Positions 25,730 through 38,648 of a stretch of DNA of 64,000 nucleotides are shown piece after piece. The DNA comes from Camelus dromedarius (Eukaryota), in assembly GCF_036321535.1 (NCBI RefSeq), contig NC_087436.1:86926001-86990000 (forward strand), given 5' to 3'. A program made the translations under genes and the position numbers. How positions within the stretch are numbered: position 1 is the stretch's first letter; each line of letters begins with the position of its first letter. Under the pieces are notes generated by a model, which was not told the origin of the DNA, did no database searches, and saw only the letters and a program-made list of their open reading frames with translations.

Positions 25730-25850
25730 GTGCCTCCAAAAGGGATCAGGCACTGTGGCAGTTTGGCTTACCACGGTATCCCCAGAACTTAGCCCAGTGC
25801 CTGGCACATAGTGGGTGCCTAATAAATGTTTAATGAGTGCAGGAATGAAC
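25730..25850 (+). mobile_element. L2 3' end
   Basis: gtatccccaga...cagtgcctggcacatagtgggtgcctaataaatgttt. Confidence 0.7.
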
Positions 25851-26961
25851 ACTAAAGAATTTAATTTACATTATTTACGTTATTATGTTTAATGTTTACA
25901 TTTGTCAATATTCTTTGGGTAAGTAACAGAATGCAACTCAGGCCACCTTCACAAAGAAGATGGTTTTATTAGGAGGAGGCTCAGTCAAAGACTATAGAAG
26001 CCAAGGCAGGCTGGACATCTCAGGGTCTAAAACTAGGATTTGGATTCTAGCAGGACTCTCTCTCCCCATCTCTGTCTCTTGTCTCACCCTCTTCTTCTGT
26101 GTATATGATGATCTTTTATTGCACATGAGGTTTTCTTTAAGTATCTGAGTCCCTGGGCGCATATCCTAACAGTCACCCACCAGAGAAGAAATTTTGTCCC
26201 ACCAGTTCCACTTATAAGGTTGTAATGGGAGCACTTGAATTGGCCTGTCTTGGCTTATACACCACTGAGGAAAAAATTCATCACCAGAGGAAAGGTGGGG
26301 GCAATGTCATTAGTGAAGCACTGTACATTAAACAAAGGTTTTTTTTTTCTTTCTATGTTTTAAATAATCATATGCAAATTGTATTATTACCTGGTGATAA
26401 AAAAGTAGAAATAATTTAATATAATTAAGAACTTTATAATGTCTAAAATTTTGTTTAATTATATGGAAATAGAATCTCCCTGATAGAATATAACTCTTAC
26501 CTTTAAGCTATACATATTTAACTTCCTTAGATGTTTTTAAGAATGATTTTTTACAAAAGTCAGGAATGCCTATACATGTATTGCAGTCATTGGAACAGTG
26601 ATAGGGGAATAGGGTTAGGAATCATTCTCCTTGCTTACAGTTTTCACTCTATTATTAACTTTAAGTAAGAAATATGCCCTGGGCCTCAGTTTTGTCTTTG
26701 TTTTTGCCTTTGAATCAGTTTTGTGGGGGTTTTTGTTTGTTTTTAATCTATAAACTGATGAGACTAAAAATAATATTTACTTCACAGGCTTATTGTGACG
26801 ATCAAGAGAGATAATGGATGTGAAAAAAGTTGTTAATTACAGAGTACAAACATTAAGTAATTATCATTGCATCCTATATATATTTCTGAAATGATATTCT
26901 TAATTTGGGATCCACTGACACCTCCTGTCATATTATATGAAAATGTGGATGTGTTTGTACC

Positions 26962-27425
26962 TGTATCAGTTAATGTTAGATTCAGCTGTGAGTGACAGAA
27001 CACCAAGTAACTGGCCTAACACAATGTAAGGTCATTTCTCTCTCAAACTATACTAACTCCAGAGATAAGCCATCCAGGACAATAGGGCAGTTCTGCAACC
27101 ATCAGCGGCCCAGGCTCCTTCCCTTTCGTCGTTTTATTCTGCTAAGCCTCTGGTTTTCTCCTCGCAGTCCAAAATCACAGCTTACACATTCAAGCTAGCA
27201 ATGAAGGTCAAAGTGGGGAGGGAGTGGAAGAAAGCCATGATTCCCACCTTTAAGAACACTTCTCGGAAGTTGAACATGACACCTATGCTTGCATTGGCCA
27301 GAACTGAGTCACAAGGCCACGCCTCGCTTAAAGGGCAAGTAAGAAATGTAGTCTTTTTCTCCCAGGGCCTCCAGTGCTAAAGAAGAAGGGAGAATATCTA
27401 AAGGGAGAGTCTCCTGTGTCTGAAA
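26962..27425 (-). mobile_element. MLT1J-like solo LTR
   Basis: tgtatcagtta...cagctgtgagtgacagaa...cattggccagaactgagtcac...gaaatgtagtcttt...aaagaagaagggagaat. Confidence 0.75.
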
Positions 27426-28349
27426 TAGTATGGATGCGTATTTCAAATAGAGTAATAAGGATATATATTTCAAATAGAGCTTTCATCAGAATCTTAACGA
27501 GATCTATTGTAATTTATAAACATTACCAAAAAAACACTGTTTCAAAGTAAAATCAGCCATTTTATTTTGTAAACCTCACAGATTAGGGGTGTCTTTCTAG
27601 ATGATCATCAGTCTGTGCTGTGAGCAGGAGAGGAGGAAATAATCAATAAGCATACATTTGGTGCTATCATATATACAGCATCCATATCATTTGATAATGA
27701 TGGTTTCTTATTTTAATTTACCCTCCTAAATCAATCACTTTACATATCGTAAGTCAATGACTTCTTTTTCATGAACTCTATTTATGATGTATTATGTAAA
27801 GGATTCTTAAGCAATTTAAAATTTTATCTATACCCTTTTCTTTCATTATTTTAGATACTAATCAAGATTCTTTTTGAAAATTAAATGACTTTTGCTTTTC
27901 ATAATTAATTTAACTTCAAATTAATAAAGCCTAACAAACATCTTTCTTAGTTTAATTGAATTTTTCTTTTAATATTTTTGCTTTGTACTAATCATCTAAT
28001 CTTCCTGTTTGTACCTCGTTTTAAGTAACACATGTTGAGCAACACATAAAATGTCAAAAATTCTAATTTAATCCTTTTCAAAAGTAAACAACTAATAAAA
28101 CCAGCTCAAAAAAATTAAACATTTTTAAGACATTTTAATAGTTTTATTTTTGTTTTTATTGTGCATAGTCTTTTCTTATGCAGAAATTTGTAGCTGTAAA
28201 TGGTTGGGCTATTTATTTTAATTAATGTCTGCTATGAAGTTTCTTTAGAAGCAAGTCAGATGTCAACATTAAACACATGACCCTAAAAAAGAAAAAAAAA
28301 AGTCTTACTAATTTAATTGTCAAAGTAAAACTATATCAGGATTTTTTAA

Positions 28350-28640
28350 GTATTAAAAATAATTAATTATGCAGCCATAAAAAAACCAATTTGATTGACA
28401 AAGAAAGATGTATATGCATATTGTTAGAGTGGAAAGGAAGGTTACAAAGCAAGTATGTCTAACATGTCTTTTTAAATACTTAAGTGTCAGGGAGAAAACA
28501 GTCTCTTAACAATATACACCAGCTATCCAACCATTTAATAGCATCTATCTTTGGATGATGAAATTAAAGTTGATTTTTACTTTCTATTTTGTATGGATTT
28601 TTATGGTATTGTGTTGCATTACTTTTATTATCAGGGGAAT
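28350..28640 (+). mobile_element. Old L1 (L1ME-like) 3' end
   Basis: tatgcagccataaaaaa...atatacacc...gcattacttttattatcag. Confidence 0.55.
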
Positions 28641-29589
28641 AAAAACTAACTAGAAAGAATTTTTCCCATTTTGAAGAAAAGTTGGTTATAAAAAGATGGA
28701 TAAACAAAGGTAGCATTTTTTTTTTCATTGCAGAGCTCTGTCTTTAAAAAAGTCACTTAGAAGGTAAAATTATATACTCATGACTGACTACTGCAAGTTT
28801 AAAGCATAGCATTTGGGAAATTTCACAGGAAATTTGATATATGGCTGCTTTTGTTGAAGAAACTTCTTTGCCTCGTCTGTAGTGGGCTGATAGCTACACT
28901 GAATTGTAATGAGATATGGAAGTATAGTAACTCAGTGTGAATTAGAAATTCAGTCTCCTGGATATCCTTCCCTTCAGAGTCACTGACTCAGTGTTAATGA
29001 GGATGTGTGTGTATTACTTATCTCAAGGTGTGAGATTAGCAGATGACTGCGGGGCAAATCAGTAAAGCCTTTGTGCTCTGTGAAAGCAAGAATAAACCAG
29101 CTATTTTAACCCAAGCCCAGGCATTCCCTTCTCTGGATTCCCTAGCGGATCCTTCAGCTGAATCTGAGCCTTAAAATAAAGCCACTTTCTATGCTTCTCT
29201 GTGTATACTGAGAATCTTGCCAAAGCCTTCTATGAGGTATCTGTGAATTTATCCTGGGAGAACACCACACAGTGTCCTTGGCTTCCTGCTCTAAATGATC
29301 CACTCCAATGACACACTGTAATACTACTCAAGGTAGGGAGAATGAGCTGCCAAAACCTATTTATCACTTTGCTGGCCTTGAACCGTGCACATCTGTCTGA
29401 AGTTAAACAAGGGTCATAGGAAGAGCTTTTCTTCTTTCCCGCCTTGCCAACACTAGTATCTTGTATAAAGATTAAAATAAATTGTCTAGTGTTTCACTGC
29501 ATTGGTTTTCCCACCCTACAAATTGCCATTCTTTAAAGATGTATAAAAGAGTGGATTTGAGAAAGTAGATGCTTGCAGTTTCAAAAATA

Positions 29590-30065
29590 AATATTAAATA
29601 TCCAAAACTGGGAGGCATTGGTTAAATAGATGATGATTGTCCATAAAATGGAATAGTATGCTCCCATTAACAATAATGTTGAAGAATACTTAACGAAATG
29701 CAGAGATGGCCAGGATGTCCCTTGTGTGGATAATTACCATCTGTTTCACAAAACTAATATAGAATTTTATCCCAGTTTTGTTTTTAAAAATTAAAAATAC
29801 ATACACAGGAAAAAGTATGGAAAGATTTATACCAATAAACTTTTTATAGTTACCTTTGAGTGAAGGATTTATGTTTGAATTTTTTTCTTTCTTTTCTTTT
29901 CTTTTCTTTCTTTCTCTCTCTCTCTTTCTTTCTTTCTTCCTTCCTTCCTTCCTTCCTTCCTTCCTTCCTTCCTTCCTTCCTTCCTTCCTTCCTTCTTTCC
30001 TTCCTTCCTTCCTTTCTTTTCTTTCATCAGTATTTATTATCTTTTCTACTTCTGAAATAAACTAA
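29590..30065 (+). mobile_element. Old L1 (L1ME-like) 3' end containing a microsatellite
   Basis: ttggttaaata...aatggaatagtatgc...ggaaagatttataccaa. Confidence 0.55.
29880..30024. repeat. (TTTC)/(TTCC)n polypyrimidine microsatellite
   Basis: About 145 nt of pure pyrimidine on the + strand. Confidence 0.95.
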
Positions 30066-30209
30066 AAAGTCATTTAAAATAGGCTAGTTAGTATTGATCT
30101 TTATCTTAAAGAGAAAATTTGCCAATTAACATGAAACAAAGGGAACAGATTTTAAAGCATTTTATTTCTGGCAGTTAAATGTATTGTTTTTTAAAGAGAC
30201 ACTTTAGAA

Positions 30210-30315
30210 ACTGTGGAGAGGGGCTGGAGGATAATACAGAAACTCTCTGTACTTCCCGCTCAATTTTCCTCTAAATCTAAAACTTCTCAAAAAATAAAAT
30301 CTATTAATTAAAATT
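30210..30315 (+). mobile_element. L1MC-like 3' terminus
   Basis: gaaactctctgtacttcccgctcaattttcctctaaatctaaaact...aaaaataaa. Confidence 0.7.
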
Positions 30316-31124
30316 TCAAAAGCTCTTTCACACTTGCTCTACTTGGCCATCTTTTATTTTCTTGCCATCACAAGTTATGTCAGTAAGCACATGTTACATT
30401 AATACCTGAGTTTTACAAAGCCATAGGGAAGTGTTTATGAACAAGCTGGTTCTGGCTATAGTCTGGAAAACAATAAGGGCTTGCCAAATACTCTGTAGAC
30501 TGTTAGGATCTGATATTCTGGATTTCTCCCTGTGATGGACTCCTCCTAGCCTCTTGAGTCTCAAACTCTATCAGCCCCCTTCCCCTCCTGGTCATAGAAG
30601 AAAGCAGACTCTTTATTCCCTGGATTCCTTTATGAGTTGGTGATGACTCCTGTACTCAGGGGCCTATCATCAGTGGCCTTGCTATGAAATCAATTCAAGG
30701 CACATACCTGTTCCAAAACTTTGCCACAGTGCTATTACAGCCACTCTTTTGGTTAAGATCCACCTCCAGAAAGCCTTTATTGAAGTGTAGGTATGAATGA
30801 ATGCTGACCATATTGACCAAGAAGAAGGTGTGAGCTCCAGGATGACTAAAGCACGTAAAGATGAGTAAGGAAGCTAGAAGGCCAAGATATGTAGGATTGA
30901 AATCTCCATTCTAATCCTGTATATTTTGGTCCATGTTTTCAGCAGCATGAGGCTACCAGGAGAAGGAAGAGGGAAGAAGGTAGAAAGGAACCAAGTAAGA
31001 TTGGGTGATGGAGAGGTACCACTATCCTACACTTGCCTTGGGGTAGAACTCTAGTTAAGACAGGAGGGAATGGGGCAAGGCACGGCCATTCAAGGAATGA
31101 CAGAGCAATTAACAAAATGGTGGA

Positions 31125-31460
31125 AGATTCAACTCCCAGACACCTATCCTGTGCCTAACTCTGCTAGGTTCTGGGGTTATAAGGTGAGAACAAGCATCCA
31201 TGACCCCTTTCCTTCACGATGCATATAGTCTAATGGAGGAAACTGATCAAAAACCACACATAAAAACGTACAGTTGCAGCTGTGACACGTGCTATGGAAG
31301 AGAGGTACACTATTATAGGAAGGTTGAATCTGGGAAGTCAGGCTAGACATCCTCCGCAAGGAAATAACACTTCAGCTGAGATCTGAAGGTAAGCTGAGTG
31401 AATGAGGCAGGGAGCGTGAAAGGTTTTCCAGACAGAAGGAACAGCATGTGCTAAAGCTCT
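31125..31460 (-). mobile_element. L2 fragment
   Basis: cacctatcctgtgcc...gctatggaag...agctgagatctgaagg...ccagacagaaggaacagcatgtgc. Confidence 0.75.
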
Positions 31461-33239
31461 GTCTAATCTTGCTTGGAAGGGGGCTACTAGAGCACTGAGA
31501 AAGGCCTTCAGTTTTTAATGTTCCAACTCCCTAACACCCCAAAGGACTCATTCAGGTGCAAGGAAATGTTCCTCTGAACCTGTGATACCCATTTTTTTTT
31601 GTTTTGCTTCAACTATAAAATTTGTTTTTACAGCTGCACTTCCTGGTACAGAATTTGAACACGTATCATAAAATGATCACAGGGAAAGATCACACATTGA
31701 TTGTTCTGATTTGATTGCTGAATGGTCGCTCTCACCCATCAGTTACTTCATCACCTCAATAACTCTAAAATAAGCACTAAAGGTCAGGCTCTCAAATTTA
31801 GGTTGTCTTAATAACATGATTCTCATACATTTTTTAATTTTGCTTAACGTTGCAGCTTTGATTTTAGTTACAAGCCAAATGAGATTGAGCTTTGCCTGCA
31901 AGTTGTTTTCTTTGTAATTTTTTGATAAGGTAAAGAGTTTTGTCAAGCACTGTTTTTAATGCTCAAATTTAGAGAACTTCAAAGAAATTAGTCCTGGTCA
32001 GACCATTCATCTGTGATTATTTTCATGGTGAAATGGCGGTATTAAATCTCCTGATGTTAATGGAATGATTTTACTTCAAAGCATAGTTCCAGAATATTCT
32101 GTCTGGTCTTGCCACAAATTCATGTTCCTTAAGGTTTTATTCTTGTAAGAGCTGTTCAAGGAATACAGTAGCAAGAAAATGGATGAAAAACATATGGTGT
32201 TCTTATTCAAGGGCTCAGTTCATCATTTTCACTTTTAAATCTTCAGTCATCAACCTTATTCATTTCTCCAGTGTATAGGGTTGTAGTGTGCATGTGCTAA
32301 AACTGTTGAAAAATGACAAAGCATATAGTATGGTAGTGGAATGGCAACAGGAAGCATTAAGGTATTTAATTTTTCTAAGTTAGAAAGAAACCAAACTCTA
32401 TTTTGTTAAGATATGATAACAGAAACCAAATGGGAAAGAGAGAAAATTATTATAAAATTATTTTTCCAAGACAAAAGATTTTGGAATAGAATGGCAATGT
32501 TTTTGAATAATGTTGGCCTAAAAGATACTATGACATACTTTGAAGTGATATTATTAGTATAAAAGCAGAATAACAGTTGATGTCTTTAAATATGACTAAG
32601 TATTGTTTGAGGAAAATAATAAAATCTGTTAGGTGAACCAGAGTAATATTAATGGTTTGCTAGGACAGTTACTCAGCAGGATTGCAGAACTTTTCCATGC
32701 TTTCTCCTAATCTGACATCTGACTTATTATTTGTATCATAAGTGTTCTTACAGTAGAAGTATTCATTTTCTTTCCAGATTTCCCTCTTGTATTTATACTA
32801 ACGTTTATGTCTATTATCCTTTCCCCTTACTTCCCTGGTCTATAGCCTTGAATTAATTTATATATGGTATGAATATTCTTAACTCATAAGAGCCCTACTG
32901 AATTTATCATGCTAAATGGTATAAGTGATCTATGACCACTGCTAATTACTTGCTTGTCATTTGTGTAATAATTATTCTCCTGAGATCATCTTCTGCTGAA
33001 AGTTTCCCTGCCACTCTCAAGGTGTCTGCTGCCATGAGTAGAGTTCTCTCCCCTCCCTTTCTATTTTTCTGATTGTTTTTCCCCCTTTTTTTTGCCTTCT
33101 ATAACTATTGGGAAAACTAATTGACTACTTCTTGAAAAGAAATACATGTATATAAGTAAGCTACTAGAAACACTCATCCTAGTGGAAAGCTATAAATGGC
33201 CCAAAATAAAATATTAATAATATTTTAATTATAAATAAT

Positions 33240-33420
33240 AATTTATTGAGCATTTTCTATGTGCCAAGCACTAAACTAACTACTTTACGTGAATTATCTC
33301 ATTGAACCCTAAGAAATCTGTGCCTGTTAAATGCCTAGTTTTCAAATGAGGAAATTGAAGCTCAATTGTTAAGAAACTTGCCCAAGTTCTCATAAATAGT
33401 GTTGGGGGTAGCATTCACAC
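33240..33420 (-). mobile_element. MIR SINE
   Basis: atttattgagcatt...tgtgccaagcact...aatgaggaaattgaagctca...acttgcccaag. Confidence 0.75.
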
Positions 33421-34214
33421 TTCGTGGGGCATATTTTAAGGCTCTAGTTGTTTCTTTTTCCACATAAATAATTTCAACTTCATTGCATTAGGGCATCTTC
33501 TGAAAGTGAGCTTGTTCAGTAACGGGTCTTCACCTCCAAGCCATTACATCTTACTGTCTCATGTCTGCTTTCGAAGACCTTTGGAGATCTAGGTTGGTGT
33601 AGAAAGTAAATAATGTTGCTTCTAGTTTTGAAAATGAAGCATAAGTGAGCTCAATTTTATCATCAGAATATCTATCCAAGTAATAAATCCCTCCCTTCAC
33701 TTACAATTTCCATAAATTCATTTGTATTCCCAGGGCGTTGCTGGAAGTGTTTTAATAGCACCTTTCCCACTGCTTCCAATGTTTTGATCAAAAATGGATG
33801 TGTTGGGAGCTATTGCCAAAAGAGTGAAGGTAAACTTGAGATAACACTGATGTTTATATAAAGAGCAAACGTGTTAAGGAAGGAAGGAAACAGGAGTGTG
33901 AAACTACAGTTTGCCTCAATATTAGCCACAAATGATACAAAATCCAGGATAGACAGCTGATGCCTTGAGTTTAGCTAGAATAAAATTCTGATAAGCAGAG
34001 AATTTGCCACAGGAGCCCTTTTCTAAGAGCCGATTATGTGCATCTGGGGTGGTCCTAGAGGGTTAATTTAATCAAGGAAATCTAATTTCGGTGATTAAGA
34101 AAGTCAGTTGGGATGAAGAGGCTTTGAATACATTCTGGGTACTTTAATCAAATAACAGTGATTCTTTTTCAAGTTACATGGTTATGTAGTGGTCTTTCAC
34201 TCTTCTCAGTTAAC

Positions 34215-34350
34215 GAGCAATAAAGCACTGTTGCTCTGGAGCCAACTTCCTGTCCTGGAGATAACTTCCCCGTTTATCGGACTGGAGACTTTGGGCGAGT
34301 AGCTTCACCTCTCTGAGCTTCACTTTCCTTATCTGTTAAAGGGGACAATA
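34215..34350 (+). mobile_element. MIR SINE
   Basis: gctctggagcca...ttgggcgagt...cttcacctctctgagcttcactttccttatctgt. Confidence 0.7.
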
Positions 34351-36104
34351 GAATTTGATCATAAGGATCTTTAAATAAACTTATGAAAGTGAAATCAGAC
34401 CCCCTTATTCCTTCCCTTTTTATCTCTTTATAACATGGGAATTATTATTTTAAATGTGTTGTATGGTACCTTTTCTCTAAGGAACTATACCTCCCTTATT
34501 AGCTTTGGAGAATTGTTACTCTGGGGAATAAACTGCTTACAGAATAATTGCTCTGAGTTTTTTCTTAGCACTTCTAATATAAAGACTGATTTATACATTT
34601 AAGTTGAAAGTCATAAAATCAGTATTCACAAATAAATTTTGAATAAAGTCAAACAAAATCTTTATTCCAATTATTATTTCCAATTGTGAAGATGAAGAAA
34701 TTGCTAAATCAATCCTCACCATGTTAAGCTCCTTTTATTATATGCCGGACTTGGTTTTACATATTTTAAGTATGAACATACATTTTTGTAAGTGAAGTCT
34801 CCATTTTGTCATCTCAATGTGAAAAGAACTCAGGAAATAACTAGATGAATGATACTTTCCTTGGTAGGCCAAGGTTATTTCACATTTTTAATAGTGGTTT
34901 CATGTCACTGTACACCTATTAAATTATATGGGTTCCATGTAATGATAGCAGTCTTGTTACTCAAGAGACTGAATCCCTGCAGTGCACTCGAAAAGCAAGT
35001 GTATTTGTGCCTAATCGCACATGTAATATTGCAATGCCTCTCACCTGAAGCGAAAACACTTTCTTTTTCTGTGTGTCACACTTGAATAGTATTTTATCCT
35101 GCTGTTACATTTATATTATGGTGGGATAAAAGTTGTAATATGTGATTAAATTTTTAAAAACACAGGTAGGAAGAGCTCCTAATTTTGGTTATTAGTCAGA
35201 ATACCATTCTCCCCACTCCTGAATACCCCAGCTGACTTAGGAATATTATTTTTCTAGTAGGTGTATATGTTAAGATGCTTAAGCAAAGAATACCTATAAT
35301 TCTTTGTTTGATTCTCTGATAACTAGGATTGAGTTTGAGCAGAAATGCAGGGGAAAATTTCCAAAACCAGCTGTTGCCCATACAGAAGTAAGGAGCTTGA
35401 TGAAAACAAAGATAACTCTTCCATGAGAGACTGTGAATAATGTTAATAGTACTACTACTGAGGTTGATGATGTTCTATGTTGTCTTTTGTAATTACAATA
35501 ATAATAATGTATATTTTCAAATCACCTAATAACACACCTCCCCAGGCTAAAGGCTGTGCCACATCTGGATGTAATAACATCAGGCCAGCTGGCTGTCACC
35601 CCTCTATCCAAATTTGGGTTTGCGAAAAGTGACCTATGGTTTCTCTTGTATCATTGTCTATTGCTATCACGTTTCCTTTTAAATAAAGTGCTGAAGACAG
35701 ACTGAGTGAGACGATCAGATTTGCATAATGTAAATAGGGGAACATATTGCCTTTATGAGAATTTCTGTGACACACCTCCCCAGGGAAGAAGTCCTTAAAA
35801 ACTACTGTCTGATCTCCCCGCCCTGAAGCACTTCACACACAGGGTGTTATTTTCTAAATGAATAAATAATACAATGGCAGTAAACAGAACTCTGCCCTCA
35901 AGGAACCCACAATGTAAAGGCAGCAGAAGGCAGAACCAAGGACTCTCATCCACATCCCATCATCCAAATCCCATCATCCACTTAAGAGCCTTTCTGATTT
36001 GTACTTCCCATTTCCCCATTTGCACTCAGAATGCCTTTACTCTGGCAAGTAGGAGATGAAGGTTCCTAAAACAGGCGTGGACTGGGTATGTCATAGTGGT
36101 CCAT

Positions 36105-36300
36105 GCAGTGGTTTAGAGCAGGGGCTCTGGAGACAGACTCCTTGGGTCTGAATCCCGGCTCCCCTACTTACCAGAAAAAGATGACCTTGGACAAGCCATC
36201 CTCTAATATTGTCGTGAGGGCTCAATGAGAGAACAAGTGGAAAACACTTAGAAATAGGCCTGGCACAGAGTAAGTACCCAATAAATACTAGCCATTAGTG
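36105..36300 (+). mobile_element. MIR SINE
   Basis: agtggtttagagcaggggctctggagacagact...aatcccggctcc...cctggcacagagtaagt. Confidence 0.8.
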
Positions 36301-36619
36301 TTGACAATGCCGAACCTGAGTTCAATTTCATGTTTCTTTCACTAATGGATGTTCAGAACTTGAGAAAGGTCTAATGTTGTTTAAGCTCTTACCACATTTA
36401 AAATAGAGAAATGTTAAAATAGGCTTACAAAAGTTATCAAATGTTTTAAATATTTATATTTTCATTATTGATATTCTGTTATATGCTATTTGTATAAAAG
36501 TACTTGGTAAATGTATTTAACCAAAAATATAATGCAGTTTATTTTTGCTATGCACTAGTAAATGTAGGATAAATTCTGAATTCATAGTTCACTCTAGGTG
36601 TTATGACCCAGTAAAGCAC

Positions 36620-37015
36620 CAGTTCTGGAACTTTATGGTCTTCAGGATCTCTGCCCATTCTTATAAATAATTCAGAAACCTCAAAGAGCTTTTTTAAGTA
36701 TGTTTTATCTATTACTGTTTATCTATTAGAAATTAAAATGGACAATAATAACTCCATTACATGTTGGCATAGCAACAAACTATGTAAACATAGAAAGTAA
36801 ACATACCTTTACCAAAAAAACCTGTATTTTCAAAAACAAAAAAGTACATATATATAGTGAGTGGCATTGTTTTATATTTTTGCAAGTTTCTTTACTGTCT
36901 TGATCAATAAAAGACAGGTGGAGTCTCCCGTCTCCTTTTGCATCGTCTGTTGTGATATCACAGGACATTGTGTACTCATAAGAGAATGAGAATGGAAAAG
37001 ACAAATGTCATTATG
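36620..37015. mobile_element. hAT-Charlie family DNA transposon relic
   Basis: ctcaaagagctttt...tattagaaattaaaa...gagtggcattgttttatatttttgcaa...ctgttgtgatat. Confidence 0.6.
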
Positions 37016-37774
37016 CCATGTACCCACATTTTGAGGCCCTTCATAGGTCAGAGCCTGGGCCAAATGACCCTCCTTGATACCCCTGTGATAGCTTTGAAAT
37101 AATACAGAGCACAGTATCTTTTTCATAGAGGAATTCTATGGAAAGGAAGTAGAATTAACTGGGCCTCTAGTTCTTAGCACTCTGACCTAATTCTACAATG
37201 TTTAATTTCTTTTTTTAAACCACTGTGTGTTCTTCATTAATTCCATGGCCAATCAGCAGAGCATACTGTCTTGGTCTAAAAAATTTTTGGTTCATTTGAA
37301 AGAATCATTTTTCTAGACCTCAGTATCACCATTTTTAAACAAATGAGAAAACTGGACCAAATGAGTCTAGGAACCCTGTCAATAGGAGATTCTATTCTTC
37401 TCACTTAAAGTGGAAAGATTATCATTAAAAAAGAAGAAATAGGAATTTGCTTTATGTATCTAGTTACTATAGATCTAGAGATTTCTTAATACATAAAATT
37501 TCAGATTGCAAAATTGCAAGGAGCAATACTTTGTTCTGAGAATAACGGAGATCTTTTCAGCCAATCTCCTGCCATGTAAGGAGCCTTGAGTTGAGTTACT
37601 GTACTGAATTAGTTTTTGAAACTTGGCTATATGGAAAAAGAGGGCTGCAGATCACCCCTTCCCAGCCACAGTCAGGAAAAAGAAAAAGAGATGTTACTAG
37701 AAGGCATTTGCAAAATGGAGACTGGCAAATTGGGCTCTGCTTGTTTTTTAACTTAATGTTTAAGTGATCAGGCA

Positions 37775-38078
37775 GGCTTTGAAGTCAGGCACAGCCAGGA
37801 TCCACACCCCAGCTCTGCCATTTGGTACATACAGGACCCCAGGATAGTTTATCTCTGAACCTCAGTTTCCTCATCTCTAAAATGTCTACTCCATATGGTT
37901 GCTTTGAAGATTGGATAAGATAAAATGTTGTCATGCCAAGTCCATGGTAGTTCCAAGTGGTGGCTCTGTCCTTTACTAGGTTTCTTCATCTGTAAAATAA
38001 GGCTAATGAAACCTCTCTTTCACAGCTTTGGGAGGATTTAACCAGCACATGACCCAGCATATAGTAGGGGTTCAATGG
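37775..38078 (+). mobile_element. Two tandem MIR fragments
   Basis: ctctgaacctcagtttcctcatctctaaaatg and tttcttcatctgtaaaataagg cores. Confidence 0.7.

Positions 38079-38080
<2 letters not shown>

Positions 38081-38152
<72 letters not shown>
38081..38152. repeat. (AAT)14(AAC)10 compound microsatellite
   Basis: Direct reading; abuts the MIR 3' end. Confidence 0.95.
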
Positions 38153-38153
<1 letters not shown>

Positions 38154-38473
38154 TTAATCATTATATACTTATAATGATATTTTAAGCTTTTATATACTTT
38201 TATAAATATTAAAATTATTTAAAATACAACACTATTATATTATTATTGCTTTTAGTGACACAAGTATTCTGCAACATCTGTTATATCATTGTGTACCATA
38301 CCAAAGAAATTTTATTCACAGCTTTGTTTGTTTGTTCATTTGGGGAGGCAAATCCCAAAACTAGTGGTGGGTAAGATTCCAGATGTGGGCTAAAAAAAGG
38401 TCGGGTGATAGATCCCGGCCAAAAGATTCAGTTAAAGGCAGCATCTTAGGGGCTGTCTTGCTTTCCTTTTTGG

Positions 38474-38648
38474 CAATAGTTTTGAACTTTGACTGAAAAT
38501 TGGAATCACTTGAGGAGTTTTAAAACTATTGGCACCTGATTTCACCTGCAGAGATTCTAAAGTCATTGGCCTGGGGTGTGCCCTGGGAATAACAATTTGT
38601 AAAGCTCGCCAGGTGACTCCAGTGTGCAGCCAGGCCCCTGCAATTCTG
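38474..38648. mobile_element. MER5A/MER5A1 hAT-Charlie MITE
   Basis: ttggaatcacttgaggagtttt...cagagattct...attggcctggggtg...ccaggtgactccagtgtgcagccagg. Confidence 0.8.

Noticed and set aside
29856..30065. FLPS-repeat ORFs (similar cases at 8607-8917 and 13342-13554)
   Set aside because: These are translations of microsatellites.
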